NCBI GenBank assembly: GCA_951406725.2 | Contig: OX597815.1 | Location: forward strand, 167,338,001 to 167,402,000 | From: Octopus vulgaris | Lineage: Eukaryota | Length of the DNA stretch: 64,000 nt | Direction of reading: 5' to 3' | Shown here: one piece after another, positions 14,426 to 28,546 of the stretch | How the letters are laid out: each line of letters starts with the position of its first letter | Numbering within the stretch: position 1 is the stretch's first letter | Program-made: the position numbers and the translations under genes | The notes under the pieces: generated by a model | Seen by the model: only the letters and a program-made list of their open reading frames with translations | Told to the model about the DNA's origin: nothing | Databases searched by the model: none

Positions 14426-14845
14426 CATCATTATTATTATTTAAGGCGGCGAGGTGGCAGAAACGTTAGCACGCCGGGCGAAATGCGCAGCCGTATTTCG
14501 TCTGCCGTTACGTTCTGAGTTCAAATTCCGCCGAGGTCGACTTTGCCTTTCATCCTTTCGGGGTCGATAAATTAAGTACCAGTTATGCATTGGGGTCGAT
14601 GTAATCGCCTTAATCCGTCTGTCTGTCCTTGTTTGTCCTCTCTGTGTTTAGCCCCTTGTGGGTAGTAAAGAAATAGGTATTTACGTCTGCCGTTACGTCC
14701 TGAGTTTATATTCTACCGAGGTTGATTTTGCCTTTTATCCCTTCGGGGTCGATAAATTAAGTACTAGTTGAGTACTGTGGTCAATGGGACCGACTGTCCC
14801 CCTCTCCACAAAATCCAAGCTTTGTGCCTGTAGGAGAAAGGATTA
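13560..14845 (+). mobile_element. Cluster of about six same-strand SINE family B units separated by (ATT)n/(GTT)n
   Basis: Repeated GGCGGCGAGCTGGCAGAAACGTTAGCACGCCG...GAGTTCAAAT (B box)...GGTCGACTTTGCCTTTCATCCTTTCGGGGTCGATAAA..AAGTACCAG. The central block resembles the conserved core of Sauria/Meta-type SINEs (from memory). Confidence 0.85.
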
Positions 14846-14910
14846 CTAATAATGATATTATTATTATTGTTGTATTTAGGAATGGTCATTTTGCCAGTTT
14901 AGCCAATAAA

Positions 14911-14961
<51 letters not shown>

Positions 14962-15454
14962 GTGAAGTCGGGTTTTATCCAACCTTTTAATGGGGCTCAA
15001 TCGTATAAGGATCAATTCAGTATCAGTGTCTTCTTACTCAACAAGTGTCTTTGCGAACCCGTTGTATTGTAACTATACTCGACATATTCCTTATTAATTT
15101 TACTACTTTAACTTCATTTTCATCGTTCTTTTGTTTTATTAAATCTGATAGTGCATACAGTAAACTATTAGTTCCTTTATCTCTGATTAATAAGCTACAT
15201 TTTTTTATTGTAGTATAGGTATGCACATCGAATCACTGTTCACATAGACGACCAAAACTCCGGCTCAGTATTTCTACTTCACACGTTGACATTTCCCTGT
15301 GACATACAAGTGTCATTTCAATTGAGTTTGAACTCCATACAAATATTCAAAAATTGATCTTGTGTTTGACTGACTGCCTGCATACCTTCCTGCATGCCTG
15401 CCTGATCGCGTTTTCTTACAAAGGCCTTAAGATTTGTGAACGTAGTTTCACCTC

Positions 15455-15746
15455 CGCCACCACCACCACTACCACTACTACTGCTGCTACTGCTGCTACT
15501 GATGTTATTGCTGCTGCTACTGCTACTGCTACTATTACTTCTACCATTCCTGTTACAATTTCTGCATATACTACTACTACTACCACTCCATTACTACCAC
15601 TGCTACTACTACTACTACTATTATTACTACTACTACTATTACTACTACTACTACCATTCCTATTAACACTTCTGCATCTACTACTACTACTACTACTACT
15701 ACTATTACTACTACTACTACTACCATTCCTATTAACACTTCTGCAT

Positions 15747-15812
<66 letters not shown>

Positions 15813-15875
15813 ACTCCATTACTACTTCTGCTACCACTACTACTATTACTACTACAACTACTTTACATTACAACT
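15455..15875. repeat. Compound (CCA)/(CTG)/(CTA)n microsatellite with higher-order duplication
   Basis: Direct reading; CCATTCCTATTAACACTTCTGCAT occurs twice. Confidence 0.95.
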
Positions 15876-16386
15876 ATTAATACAATATACCTGTATTATC
15901 AAATACTATGAATTAGAAAGACACATATACTTACGCAATGTCCTGTCCATTGATGACTTTTGTGCATCTTGGTTGTTCTATTTGATTTCTTTCTGTTTCA
16001 TTTTCTTGTCTTTCTGGGGTTTTTTTCTCTTTAGCTTTTGTTTAATGCACTGCAGTCTCACTGATGTGACGGTATCAAAATGAGCCTGTGGTCATTCATA
16101 TCCAAGCTGAATACACTTTAGTATCGTATTGTAATAATCACATAATGCAGCAGTGTTCTAAATGACTATTCTTAATATACCATCAAGATAGTTCTTGTAA
16201 GGAATTATTACACTGTACGATATATCTCCATTACATTATGCATACATATGAGTGTACACGCGTATGTATGTTTATGCATGTGCGTGCTTGTGTGTGTATA
16301 TATGTGCGTGTTTGTGCGTGTGTGTGTATGTGTTTGTGTGCATGTGTGTGTATGTGGTGTTAGCTAAAACTTTTGCTTTTGCTATG

Positions 16387-16419
<33 letters not shown>

Positions 16420-16420
16420 A

Positions 16421-16493
<73 letters not shown>

Positions 16494-16813
16494 CAGACTA
16501 AATGGTACTGAACTACACATACGCAAATATGCACTTACACACTCATATTTATATGTAAGGAAATGTGTGGATGTGTTTGTTGTGTGCGTGTGTTTGTGAA
16601 TCTGTGTGTGTATGTATGTGCGTGTGTGTTTGTGTAAAGAATAAGACCAATAAGGCAAAAAAAAACCCAAACCAGAATACCAAAAACAGGAACGTCATCA
16701 ATTATAACAAGAATGAAACTAATAATATGTATATATTTCATTAATAAACAACGAAAGCCTTTATATTTCATAACAATCTATGCTCTCACTACCCATAACT
16801 TTATCTCTCTACA

Positions 16814-16844
<31 letters not shown>

Positions 16845-17021
16845 ATCTATCCCACTTTCTCTCTCTTTCTCTCTATACCATTCTTTCATTTATTCTATTT
16901 TCTTTTTCTATTTATATTTATATTCTACATCCTCTCCAGAACTCTCTCCGTACAATATCTACCCATCTCTAATTCCGGCACAGTACATTTCTTGCTCTTT
17001 CACTCGCTGTGTCTCTACCCC

Positions 17022-17305
<284 letters not shown>

Positions 17306-17533
17306 ATATTATATCTACATATATATGCGTGTGTGCGCGTGTGTGTGTGTATGTATGTATGTATGTATGTATGTATGTATATCAATCATCCCGCTCTTTT
17401 GTATTTTTCTATTATACATTTATTTTCTTATTTCTTTCCTATTTCTTACCCGTTTCTGTTCCTTACGTCTTTGATTGTATTTTCGCTTCCATTTTTTCCT
17501 CCCATACTTTCTCTATATTTGTCTGTCTTTCTT

Positions 17534-17650
<117 letters not shown>

Positions 17651-17948
17651 TCCTGCCACATATACACGCACGTACACATACCACGCTCATATACACACAT
17701 ACATAAAAAACACCACATACACACAGCTTTTTTGTTCGTTATTTGTTCAATTCCAGCTTAAGCAAAAGGGGAAAAAATCTATTTCTTTGCGAAACCTTTT
17801 CCACACATCTTTGTCTCTTTTCCCCCTCTTTCTCTCTCTCTCTCTCTCTCTAACCACACACGCATTCAAACACAAATACTACACAGCCATCTAATCATAC
17901 GTACCCGCTTTCACACAGACACATATAAATACACACACGCACACACAA

Positions 17949-17985
<37 letters not shown>

Positions 17986-18678
17986 CATAACACACACAAA
18001 CATTCACACAGCCATATGAAATTACGCACGCATTCACACACACACACATACACACACAAACACACACACACAAACAAACACATACATACATGCATGCCAC
18101 CCCTTCCAGTATTTCTGAAGTTCTATCTTTCTTTCCATCTATCTATCTTTCCTCCATTCCCTTCTTTCCTGCTTTAATTCTCTCATTATTTCTCCCTTTC
18201 TTTCTAGCAGTCATTCAATCTATCCATTACCATTTAATTTTTCTTTTACATTTATAAATTTTACATTGTTTTCTTTAATTGTTTTCGGTTTCTCCAATTC
18301 ATTATTCGAATTTACTAGAAAACATTTCAGTGTTCTTCACCCCAACATTTATACTTCATGAACTAATCGTTCATTGTCACTCGTATTTTATGCTGAGAGT
18401 AAAACCAGTAAGAACACAAGACGACAGTGTTCAAGCGTGAGACAAAGAGGCGGAGATGATGGGGAGGAATAACATCGAAATATATTATCATTTGGAGAGA
18501 AGGCAGAATTCAAAATATTCCCAGAACTGTTCCATGGGAGAAGTTCACTATACATCTTCCCTTCATTATCCTCTTCTCAAAACATTGACAATGGCATAAG
18601 GTTAGACTACCACACACGAATGTGAGCGTGCATATACGTACGTATTTAGACACACACAGACATATATATATATATACA

Positions 18679-18892
18679 CGACGGAGAGCTGAAAAGTTCC
18701 TGGCTTTAGGCAAAATAAATTATAGGAGGATCAGTTAATCATAATTTTATTCAATATATTCTCCTCTCAGATTTACACAGATTGCAGTGGTCCTTTAGTT
18801 TTTCTAAGCCTTGTAAAAAAACTCGGAATTTTTGGCCTCTAACCAGGCCTTTCGCGATGCCCTTAAAGCCAGGAAATTTTCAGCAACCCCTT
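18679..18892. mobile_element. Mariner-type MITE
   Basis: TIR cores GCTGAAAAGTTCCTGGCTTTA / TAAAGCCAGGAAATTTTCAGC in (TA)n context. Confidence 0.75.
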
Positions 18893-19075
18893 ATATATAT
18901 ATATATATATATACGTAAATGTCGAACGATAAAAATAGGTGCTCAACACCGCATTGGTGAATGTAATTTTATTTGTAACTTAAGGCTACCATTCGTTTCG
19001 TGTTATGAAAAATAAAGAAAATATCTTAATATCTAAACAATTTTTCAAGCCCATTGCATGACGGAATGGTGTTCC

Positions 19076-19132
<57 letters not shown>

Positions 19133-19285
19133 GCACACACAACACACATACACACACTCAACACACACATATATATCTGTGTATATATATATATTTATAT
19201 ATGTTCTGCACTTCTGACAGCATTAATATTTTTTAACTCATATTTCTCTCAATATAGGTGCTTCGGTACCCTCAATCACAATAAG

Positions 19286-19639
19286 AGAAGGAGGTGGAGG
19301 AGACCCCTTCGGTCATGAATGACCACTGGATTGCACCGAGAAAGTTACCCTCCGAGGCAAGTCCGGGCAATGTTGTTTTTATGGAAGGCCAGCAGTCGCC
19401 CATGCATATCAGCCTCCCCTCTCCACACCAGTGATGTTATCCAAGAGAAAGGCAAAGGCCGATACAGCTTGGCACCAGTGATGTCGCAACTCATTTCTAC
19501 AGCTGAGTTAACTGGAGCAACGTGAAATAAAGTATCTTGCTCAAGAACACAACATGCAGCCCGGTCCGGGAATCGAACTCATAACCTCACGATCGTAAGC
19601 TCGACGCTCTAACCCCTGAGCCATGCGTCTTTGTGTCAG
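19286..19639 (-). mobile_element. SINE family D with a 10-bp TSD
   Basis: TCACAATAAG at 19276-19285 and 19640-19649; homologous to 22966-23310. Confidence 0.85.
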
Positions 19640-19663
19640 TCACAATAAGTGAGACATATATAA

Positions 19664-20012
19664 TGTTCCAATTGAAATAATTTGTAGATGTAGTACTACT
19701 GTTCTAGGTTGTTGAATATGTATTTGGGTGTTAAGAGGTGCTTTTTCATATAGTGACGTGGATGAGAAGTGACGTTCGCTACGACAAGAAACAGTGTAAC
19801 CCGCTCATTTATGTCTTTTAGTGTTAGTATTTTTCTTTGTTGTGTAATTGGCACGTGAGAGTTACCTATGTATAGTTTTTTACGGTATAAAACACGTTGT
19901 TGGTGTTCTTTGGAATTATTTGGGAATTTGAGCGAAGAAACCTGGAGCAAAATAAAAGACTGGAATAGTATTGTTGGTTTGTTGCTTCCTATTGTCGGTT
20001 AAATATGGAATA
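19664..20012 (+). mobile_element. Possible solo LTR
   Basis: Ends TGTTCCA...TGGAATA, TATAAAA at 19886 and AATAAA at 19951; no TSD found. Confidence 0.3.
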
Positions 20013-20455
20013 CGTGATTGATATTAATAATTTTTAAGATCTATTTTGGGGGCAGTTTTGCTTTCTTCGCAGACGTAATAATAGGAGCAAAGGAAAATGT
20101 ATAGTCCCAGTGTAAGAGCGGTTCTCCATAGATGGCCTTCTTTTCCCAAATTTCGCGTCATTCACATCTGCTGGGCAGCGGATATATAAGCAGATAGTTC
20201 TGATGTATAAGAACCTCAAAGTATAAAATTGGCGTCGTTCAGAAAACTTGATAAGTCTAAGAAGGACAAATTCAGTAAAAACGCAGGAATACGTGCGGCA
20301 TTCGTCCTACGAACCGATGACATCTTGAATAGCCCACTGTGTTTTTACAACTATTGTTTATGAGAAAAAATTTCCCATGACTACATCTATCTGCACCAAA
20401 GTTCATCCTCACTCAAACACATACAGATGTGTTAGCTATTACTGAATACATGTGT

Positions 20456-20518
<63 letters not shown>

Positions 20519-21399
20519 TGTGTGCATGTGCGTGTGTGTGTGTGCATTTATGTTCTCTTCTGTTCTTAATCATCACTGTCTCCAGATATTGTACTGCGAT
20601 GCGCGACACCGAAAATATACACAGAGCAACAGCAACTGTCGCGCTCTGACCAAATCCACTTAGCCCCCACCAGAATCTCAAGACGTACAAGAACAGCCTG
20701 GACAGCGGAAAGAGTACAATATGCTCAGACCGTATCTTATACGATTCATCACTCAGTTCAGAAACTGCCGTGTAGTTCTAAGCTAGGCAGGGACATTGTG
20801 TAACTGAAACGGATGAGTTGACTGCAGCTCAGCGTTCGACCACCTAAATGCATGGTATAAGTCTTATTGATCAGAGGTGGCTTGGGGCTAAACAAGAACA
20901 ATATATGAATCTTTATTTAATGGAAGTTACATAATATTTGAGATGTGAGGTTATTCACTATTTAACAGCAGGAAGATGCTTGCATTTTTGTGGACACCCA
21001 ATGACAACTGCCGAAAGTGATACAGCAGTGTTAATTTTTTTGTAATTGTTTGCCATCTTTGTATCCATTCTGTTCTAAATCCTTTCGAATCAGTGCCTTT
21101 GAAGTTAAGAATATCTACACAAACAGAACGGTCATTCTTGACCCAAAATAAGTTTATAACATAATTCTCGCAATAAAGACCAGACGTAATGCGGAAGTAT
21201 AAATTTTGGAAAGTTTCAAAGTTTGATATAAACTGAGATATACATCTTAACCACAAGACTACAAACGTCTTGAAACATATTAACCTTATTATATTAAGAG
21301 TGTTAGATTCTAGTATATCGAAACTGGGCAAAATAGATACAGTTGTAAAACTTAAGGAAAACTCTATTGGAGCGGTATCCCACGGAAACATCATTTAAC

Positions 21400-22130
21400 T
21401 TTTGCACACCCTCAATAATTTATCCTTAATAGCAGAAACGCACGTATTCCCTTCTCAACTATCAACTTGGTTTCAGACCGTTACACTCTATCCATTACGC
21501 TATTCACAGACCTCACACTAAGAACATATGACGGTTTCAAAAACAAAAAATCCCAACACGCATCACTCAAACCAATATTGATATCAGCAAAGGATTTACA
21601 TCCATTCCCCCACTCCCCACTCATAAACAAAACCCTAAACAGCAGAATAAATGTTAGCTCTCACGTCTCCAAGGCTATATGGACTACAACAACAAAACCT
21701 AAAATCTTGCTTCCCAAATGGAGAACCACATGCTTCAGCCCTCTTATTTATTCTCTTTAACCTATACTTACATGACCATCTCACAGTTACCCCCTCCTAC
21801 TATTCCCAAGACATTGCTGCACGCAACTACTCCAACTCTAAATCAACTACCTAGAATCTTGGCTCCAAATAAATATAATAAACTACCACCTAGCAAATCC
21901 ACTGTTTTGCTTCTTACAAGCAACTCCAAAGAACATCAAATACAACCAAACATTATACACTGCGACATTTATATACCACCCATATAGATGACAAGTATAT
22001 TACGAAACACCTCTACAATATTCACAAAAAGAAAACAACAAAATGAAATAATAAACAACGCACTAAAGAAGCATTTAAAGCACTCAGAGCCAGCATATTT
22101 AGCGAGCAAACATAAACGACAACACAAAAC
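21400..22130 (+). mobile_element. Old degenerate LINE RT (Jockey/I-like)
   Basis: A/C-rich strand; PNGEPHASALLFILFNLYLHD...SYYSQDIA lines up with GVPQGSVLSPxLFNxY..D...YADD. Confidence 0.5.
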
Positions 22131-22757
22131 TATAAACATATTAGATGCATGATTTTTGTTTCTTTAATCTTTGTTGTGTGTATATGTATATATGCTGCTG
22201 ATTTCATGATTTCTTAGATAGACGTAGGACGAGAGATTTAGGGGACGAGCTATAACGATTTTATCGATCCGTAATGTTTGGAGTATATATATATTTCATC
22301 AAAACGACGAAGAATGAAGAATAGTTTCATCACAAGCGGGATATCAACTGGGACTGCAAACAGAGGTAACTATGCATATATATATATATGCATACATACA
22401 TGCATACATATATTCATACATACATACATACATACATACATACAGACAGACATAAACGCACATATATACATATACACATAATACAGACACGCATTCATAC
22501 ACGCACATATATACATACGCACATACATACAGACACACATACGTACACACACATACATACACACATACATACATAAATACATACATACATACATACACAC
22601 ATATATACATACATAAATACACACATATATACATACATACATAACGATTTCAGCAACTTGTCATGTATATGTATGCATGTATATGAATATATGTATGTAT
22701 GTATCTATGTATGTATGTATGTATCTATGTATGTATGTATTATGTATGTATGGATGA

Positions 22758-22807
<50 letters not shown>

Positions 22808-22833
22808 ATGTATTTGTAATATATATGTATGTG

Positions 22834-22892
<59 letters not shown>

Positions 22893-22931
22893 TAAGCTCG
22901 ACGCTCTAACCACTGAGCCATGTGCCTTCAC

Positions 22932-22965
<34 letters not shown>

Positions 22966-23310
22966 GTGAAGGCACATGGCTCAGTGGTTAGAGCGTCGAG
23001 CTTACGATCGTGAGGTTGTGAGTTCGAATTCCGAACCGGGCTGCGTGTTGTGTTCTTGAGCAAGACACTTTATTTCACGTTTATTTCACGTTGCTCAAGT
23101 CACTCTGCTGTAGAAGTGAGTTGCGACGTCACAGGTGCCAAGCTGAATCCGCCTTTGCCTTTTCTTTGGATGACACTGGTGGTGTGTAGAGGGGAGGCCG
23201 GTATGCATGGGCGACTGTTGGTTTTCCGTAAACAACCTTGCCCGGACTTATCCTTGTGAGGGTAACTTTCTGGGTGCAATCCCGTGGTCAGTCATGACCG
23301 AAGGGGGTTT
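22966..23310 (+). mobile_element. SINE family D, full-length, tRNA-derived head with CORE-like TTCTTGAGCAAGACACTT
   Basis: TGGCTCAGTGGTTAGAGC (A box) and GAGTTCGAATTCC (B box); homologue at 19286-19639. Confidence 0.85.
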
Positions 23311-23397
23311 CCGCACACACACACACACACGCGCGCGCACATACGCACACACACACATACACACATTTATATATATGTATATATATATATATATATC

Positions 23398-24735
23398 CAG
23401 AGGTAATGTAGTACGATCGTTTAATGCAACTCCATTTAATTGATTAATGGAATTATTACATCAATTTAAAATGTAGGGCAAACTTCACTTGCACAAGGAC
23501 ATAGAATTTAATTGAATTAGAACAGATGGACACATTTGTATAGTTATATATATATATATATATATACGTATCATGCTAACTCAAGAAATGAAAAGGCATG
23601 CAGTCATATTTGCTATACATGTAAACCACAGTGATTTAGAAATTAGCAACTTTATAAATGTTACAGGATCGCCTGTACACAAACTTCGGTTGGAAATGGA
23701 GGCATGTGATTGTTATACTTCACCTGTATCTAAGGGAAAAAGACAGTCACAACGCTCAGACACTAAAAAGACACGGGAATTTATACAACTTGTTCAAAAC
23801 ATTATCGATGAAAACCCCAAAAGATCAATGAGGTCCATTGCGAAAGAACTTCGGGTGTCAGAATGGACTATCAGAACTGTAGTACATCGTGACATTCGAT
23901 ACCAGTCCTATATTATGAGAAAAGGCCAATTCGTGTCTGCAAGGAAGCAGGACAACTGTCTCATCCGTTCTGAACGTATACTTAGCAAAGTGAAAAACCC
24001 TCATAAACAAGGCATACTTTGGTTTTTCTCTGATGACAAATCCTTTGACCATGATCAAAAGATTAGCAGAAGAAATGACAGGTGGTTATGTGCAGATCCT
24101 TCCGAAGTAACCAGAGTGATGCGCATGAAATTTTCAGCAACTGTGATGGTTTTAGAAGTGGTGAGCAGTGAAGGTCATGTGATTCCTCCCCACTTTTTTC
24201 CACAAGGTCTTAGAATGAATGTTGCTAGATACATCGAGATACTGGAACCTGTTATCAAACCATTGATTGATGACGTATGCAATGGAAGATCATACGTGTC
24301 TCAACAACACTCAGCACCTTCTCCCAAAGCCCTAGTCACCCAAGAATGGTTGTCAGATAATATTTACGATTATGTATCACCCAAAATGTGGCCTCTAAAC
24401 TCGCCAGATTTGAATCCTATGGACTACTACGTGTGGAACGCTGTTGAAATGCAGACTAATCGTTATCCTCATAATGGCGTAGCTTCACTGAAGGCTGCCA
24501 TTGTCCAGGTGATATCCGAAATAAAAAAGGATCATATAATGTTAGCATGCCAGCGGTTTCAATCCCACACTTAAGCAGTCATCGAAGCTGAAGTCGGTTT
24601 CTTAGAATAATTTGCTTTAAAAATCATTATCAAGACTAATTGCGCAAGTGCTTATTCAACTACATATTTATTTATGCTGAAATATAGTTGTTTTATTGTA
24701 TACCAAAACTGTCCTCAAATACCCCTCGCACCCTG
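23398..24735 (+). mobile_element. IS630-Tc1-mariner DNA transposon, DD37D (maT-type)
   Basis: Contains the 23573-24574 transposase ORF. The right end reads ...GCACCCTG followed by TA; the left TIR is degenerate, so the left boundary is approximate. Confidence 0.8.
23573..24610 (+). pseudogene. DD37D transposase pseudogene (second catalytic D changed to H; premature stop before the natural C-terminus)
   Basis: HTH region SMRSIAKELRVSEWTIR, then WFFSDDKSF, QQHSAPSP and WPLNSPDLNPMDYYVW with 37 residues between the second and third catalytic positions. After the TAA at 24572 the frame continues AVIEAEVGFLE*. Confidence 0.85.
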
Positions 24736-24742
24736 TATACAC

Positions 24743-24832
<90 letters not shown>

Positions 24833-24869
24833 ATGTATGTAAGTATGTATGTATGTATATATATGCATG

Positions 24870-25386
<517 letters not shown>

Positions 25387-26187
25387 CAAGGTCTGATCAA
25401 TAAGTATCCGGACTGTTGCCATAGTATCGAATCAAAAGTAGCTTAGTACAGATTGACATTTAACACTGTTGTGCATGCGCACTAAATTATAACGTTCTAG
25501 ATCACTTCCGCTGTTTACAGCAGTGCTTGGAAGGGAAATGGGTAGTGTGTGGTCGTCGCATCGACCATCTCAGGGGAAGTTGCCATGGCGATACCTGCTC
25601 AGAGGCCTACGCTTAGTTGCAGAAAGTGTATGGAGAGGAGTTTATGAGTCGTACACAAGTGTACGAGTGGTACAGACGTTTCCAACTTAGCCAAAAATTG
25701 TTGATGTTGACGAAACGTCAGGAAGACCAGCAACGAGCAGAATTGAGAAAAATATCGCAGATACGCGAGCAGTTCTACGGGGAAATCGTCGAATCGCCAT
25801 CCGTGACGTGAGCCTGCCAAGTTTGTGCGAAATCTGCTTTCAGATGACTAGAAACACACTCTGGTTTCAGTTGCACAATATCTCCTTGATTGTGTCGAGG
25901 ACGATGAAAACGTTTTGAAAACTTTGTGTAGGCTCCTAAACAGGTATCACCAAAATTTTTTGCAAAAATTCAATGCAGATTCTCTGTTCAACTTTCTCTC
26001 TCATGGTCAATGCGACGATCCCACGCTACACACCTTCCTTCCGAACACTGCAGTAAGCAGCGGAATTGAGCTAGACCGTTAAAACCTAAGGCGCACGCAC
26101 GGCAGAGTTCATGGTCAATCTGTGGCAAGCGTCTCCACTCTCCGTTCTTTAGCTTCGTTACTACAGCAACAGTCCGGATACTTATTG

Positions 26188-26189
<2 letters not shown>
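25387..26189 (+). mobile_element. Internally deleted mariner element
   Basis: TIR pair ATCAATAAGTATCCGGACTGTTGC / GCAACAGTCCGGATACTTATTGAT; internal QKVYGEEFMSRTQVYEWYRRF is a mariner N-terminal HTH. Confidence 0.8.
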
Positions 26190-26219
<30 letters not shown>

Positions 26220-26499
26220 AGTATATAAATATATCTCCCGTAAACATGCAAACGCATACGTACACATTGTAATTAAATATCAATAAAGATACATATGTGT
26301 GCTTGTGTGTGTGTGTGTGTGTGTGTGTGTATACATACTTACATATTCATACGTATATACACATTCATATATATATATAGACTTGCACACACATATAAAT
26401 ATGTCCAGCATTTAGTATCTTCTGCAATCCCAATTTAATATTATCGTTATCAAAGAAGTCTTTTGAGGATATGTATCAATAACATAAACTAAAAATATA

Positions 26500-26573
26500 T
26501 AATAATGATGATAACAACAATAACAACAACGACAACAACAACAACAACAAAAAACAACAACAACAACAACAAC

Positions 26574-26616
<43 letters not shown>

Positions 26617-26651
26617 GTAACAATAATAATAATAACAACAACAACAACAAC

Positions 26652-26735
<84 letters not shown>

Positions 26736-26762
26736 TACAATAACAACAACAATAATAATAAA
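26500..26762. repeat. (AAC)n/(AAT)n microsatellite
   Basis: Direct reading. Confidence 0.97.
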
Positions 26763-26974
26763 AAAATAATAGTTCTTCCTGGTCAAAAACACTGGCCTAT
26801 TCTGTAGTGCCTCTTATCTTTGAGAAGATGGAAGACGTTGAAGAGGACATACGTTATAAGTTCTTTTCCGCTCTATATCTCTCTCACTTTCGGTCGTCTT
26901 AAAATTTTATTTTTATTTTACTTAATTGATAGTTTCTATCTTTTATTTTGTATCTGTCTCTGTCTCTGTCTCTC

Positions 26975-27288
<314 letters not shown>

Positions 27289-27460
27289 TCTCTCTCTTTG
27301 CGGTTTATTTATATCATTATCTCATTTCTTCTGGTATAAGTTTATTTTTTCTTAACATTCATTTCCTAAATTTTGTTTTGACATGCGTTTTTTTCCCTAA
27401 TATCATTCTTGTTTTTATTGATATGTATAGGCTTTCTAACCGCAATTCGAAAAATTAAAA

Positions 27461-27513
<53 letters not shown>

Positions 27514-27521
<8 letters not shown>

Positions 27522-27907
27522 TCTTTTACTCTTTACTTGTTTCAGTCATTTGACTGTGGCCATGCTGTAGCACTGCCTTTAGTCGAGCAAATCGACCCCA
27601 GGACTTATTCTTTGTAAGCCTAGTACTTATTCTATCGGTCTCTTTTGCCGAACCGCTAAGTTACGGGGACGCAAACATACCAGCATCGGTTGTCAAGCGA
27701 TGTTGGGGGGACAAACACAGACACCCAAATATATACACATACATATATACGACGGGCTTCTTTCAGTTTCCGTCTACCAAATCCACTCACAAGGGTTTGG
27801 TCGGCCCGAGGCTATAGTAGAAGACACTTGCCCAAGGTGCCACGCAGTAGGACTGAACCCGCAACCATGTGGTTCATAAGCAAGCTACCTTTCACACAGC
27901 CACTCCT
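27514..27907 (-). mobile_element. SINE family A, full-length
   Basis: Reverse complement of 45896-46308. Confidence 0.85.
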
Positions 27908-28546
27908 TAAAATAGAGCAGAACAAAATTTAAGAGAAATGTAGTTAAAAAGTTGTCTTTTTATTGATTGACAGTTTAACGAAAGGCCATGCTGGTTGACT
28001 ATGAGATGTCTATAAAATCCGGTGCAGTTACGTGAGACAACAGACTCTATTCATATAAGGGAAGTAAAAGTATTTTATCAGGCCGGGCAAGAGAAATTCT
28101 ACTCGCAAAATAAAGTGGGGAGGTCTAGGTGGTTTTCCAAGCGTGGATGGTTCTTTGTGGTTCCTCTTGTAGCAAATACATTGGACATCTTGTTCGGTCT
28201 CAACTAGTTCTGCAGATTGAAGATCATTCAGTTGGAACCAAAGTGAAATTTACTTCCGTAACCTTCCTCCGCGTACTCGAGTATTTCAGCATATATATAT
28301 ATATAAATATATTTGTATGTATATATTTATATGTATATGTATATATATATATATAATAATTATTCATATATATACATATATAAATATATATATATATACA
28401 TGTATATATATATACATATATATATATATACATATATATATTTATAGATATATATATATACATATATATATATGTATATACATATATATATACATATATA
28501 TATATATACACATATATATATATACATATATATATATATACATGTA

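Noticed and set aside
13560-14845. CRISPR-like repeat-spacer array
   Set aside because: Units are about 200-bp SINEs separated by microsatellites in eukaryotic DNA; no cas genes.
27960-28085. Hammerhead-like layout on the minus strand (CUGAUAA...UAAACUGUC...AAUAAA)
   Set aside because: Both core halves are mutated and no convincing stems were found.
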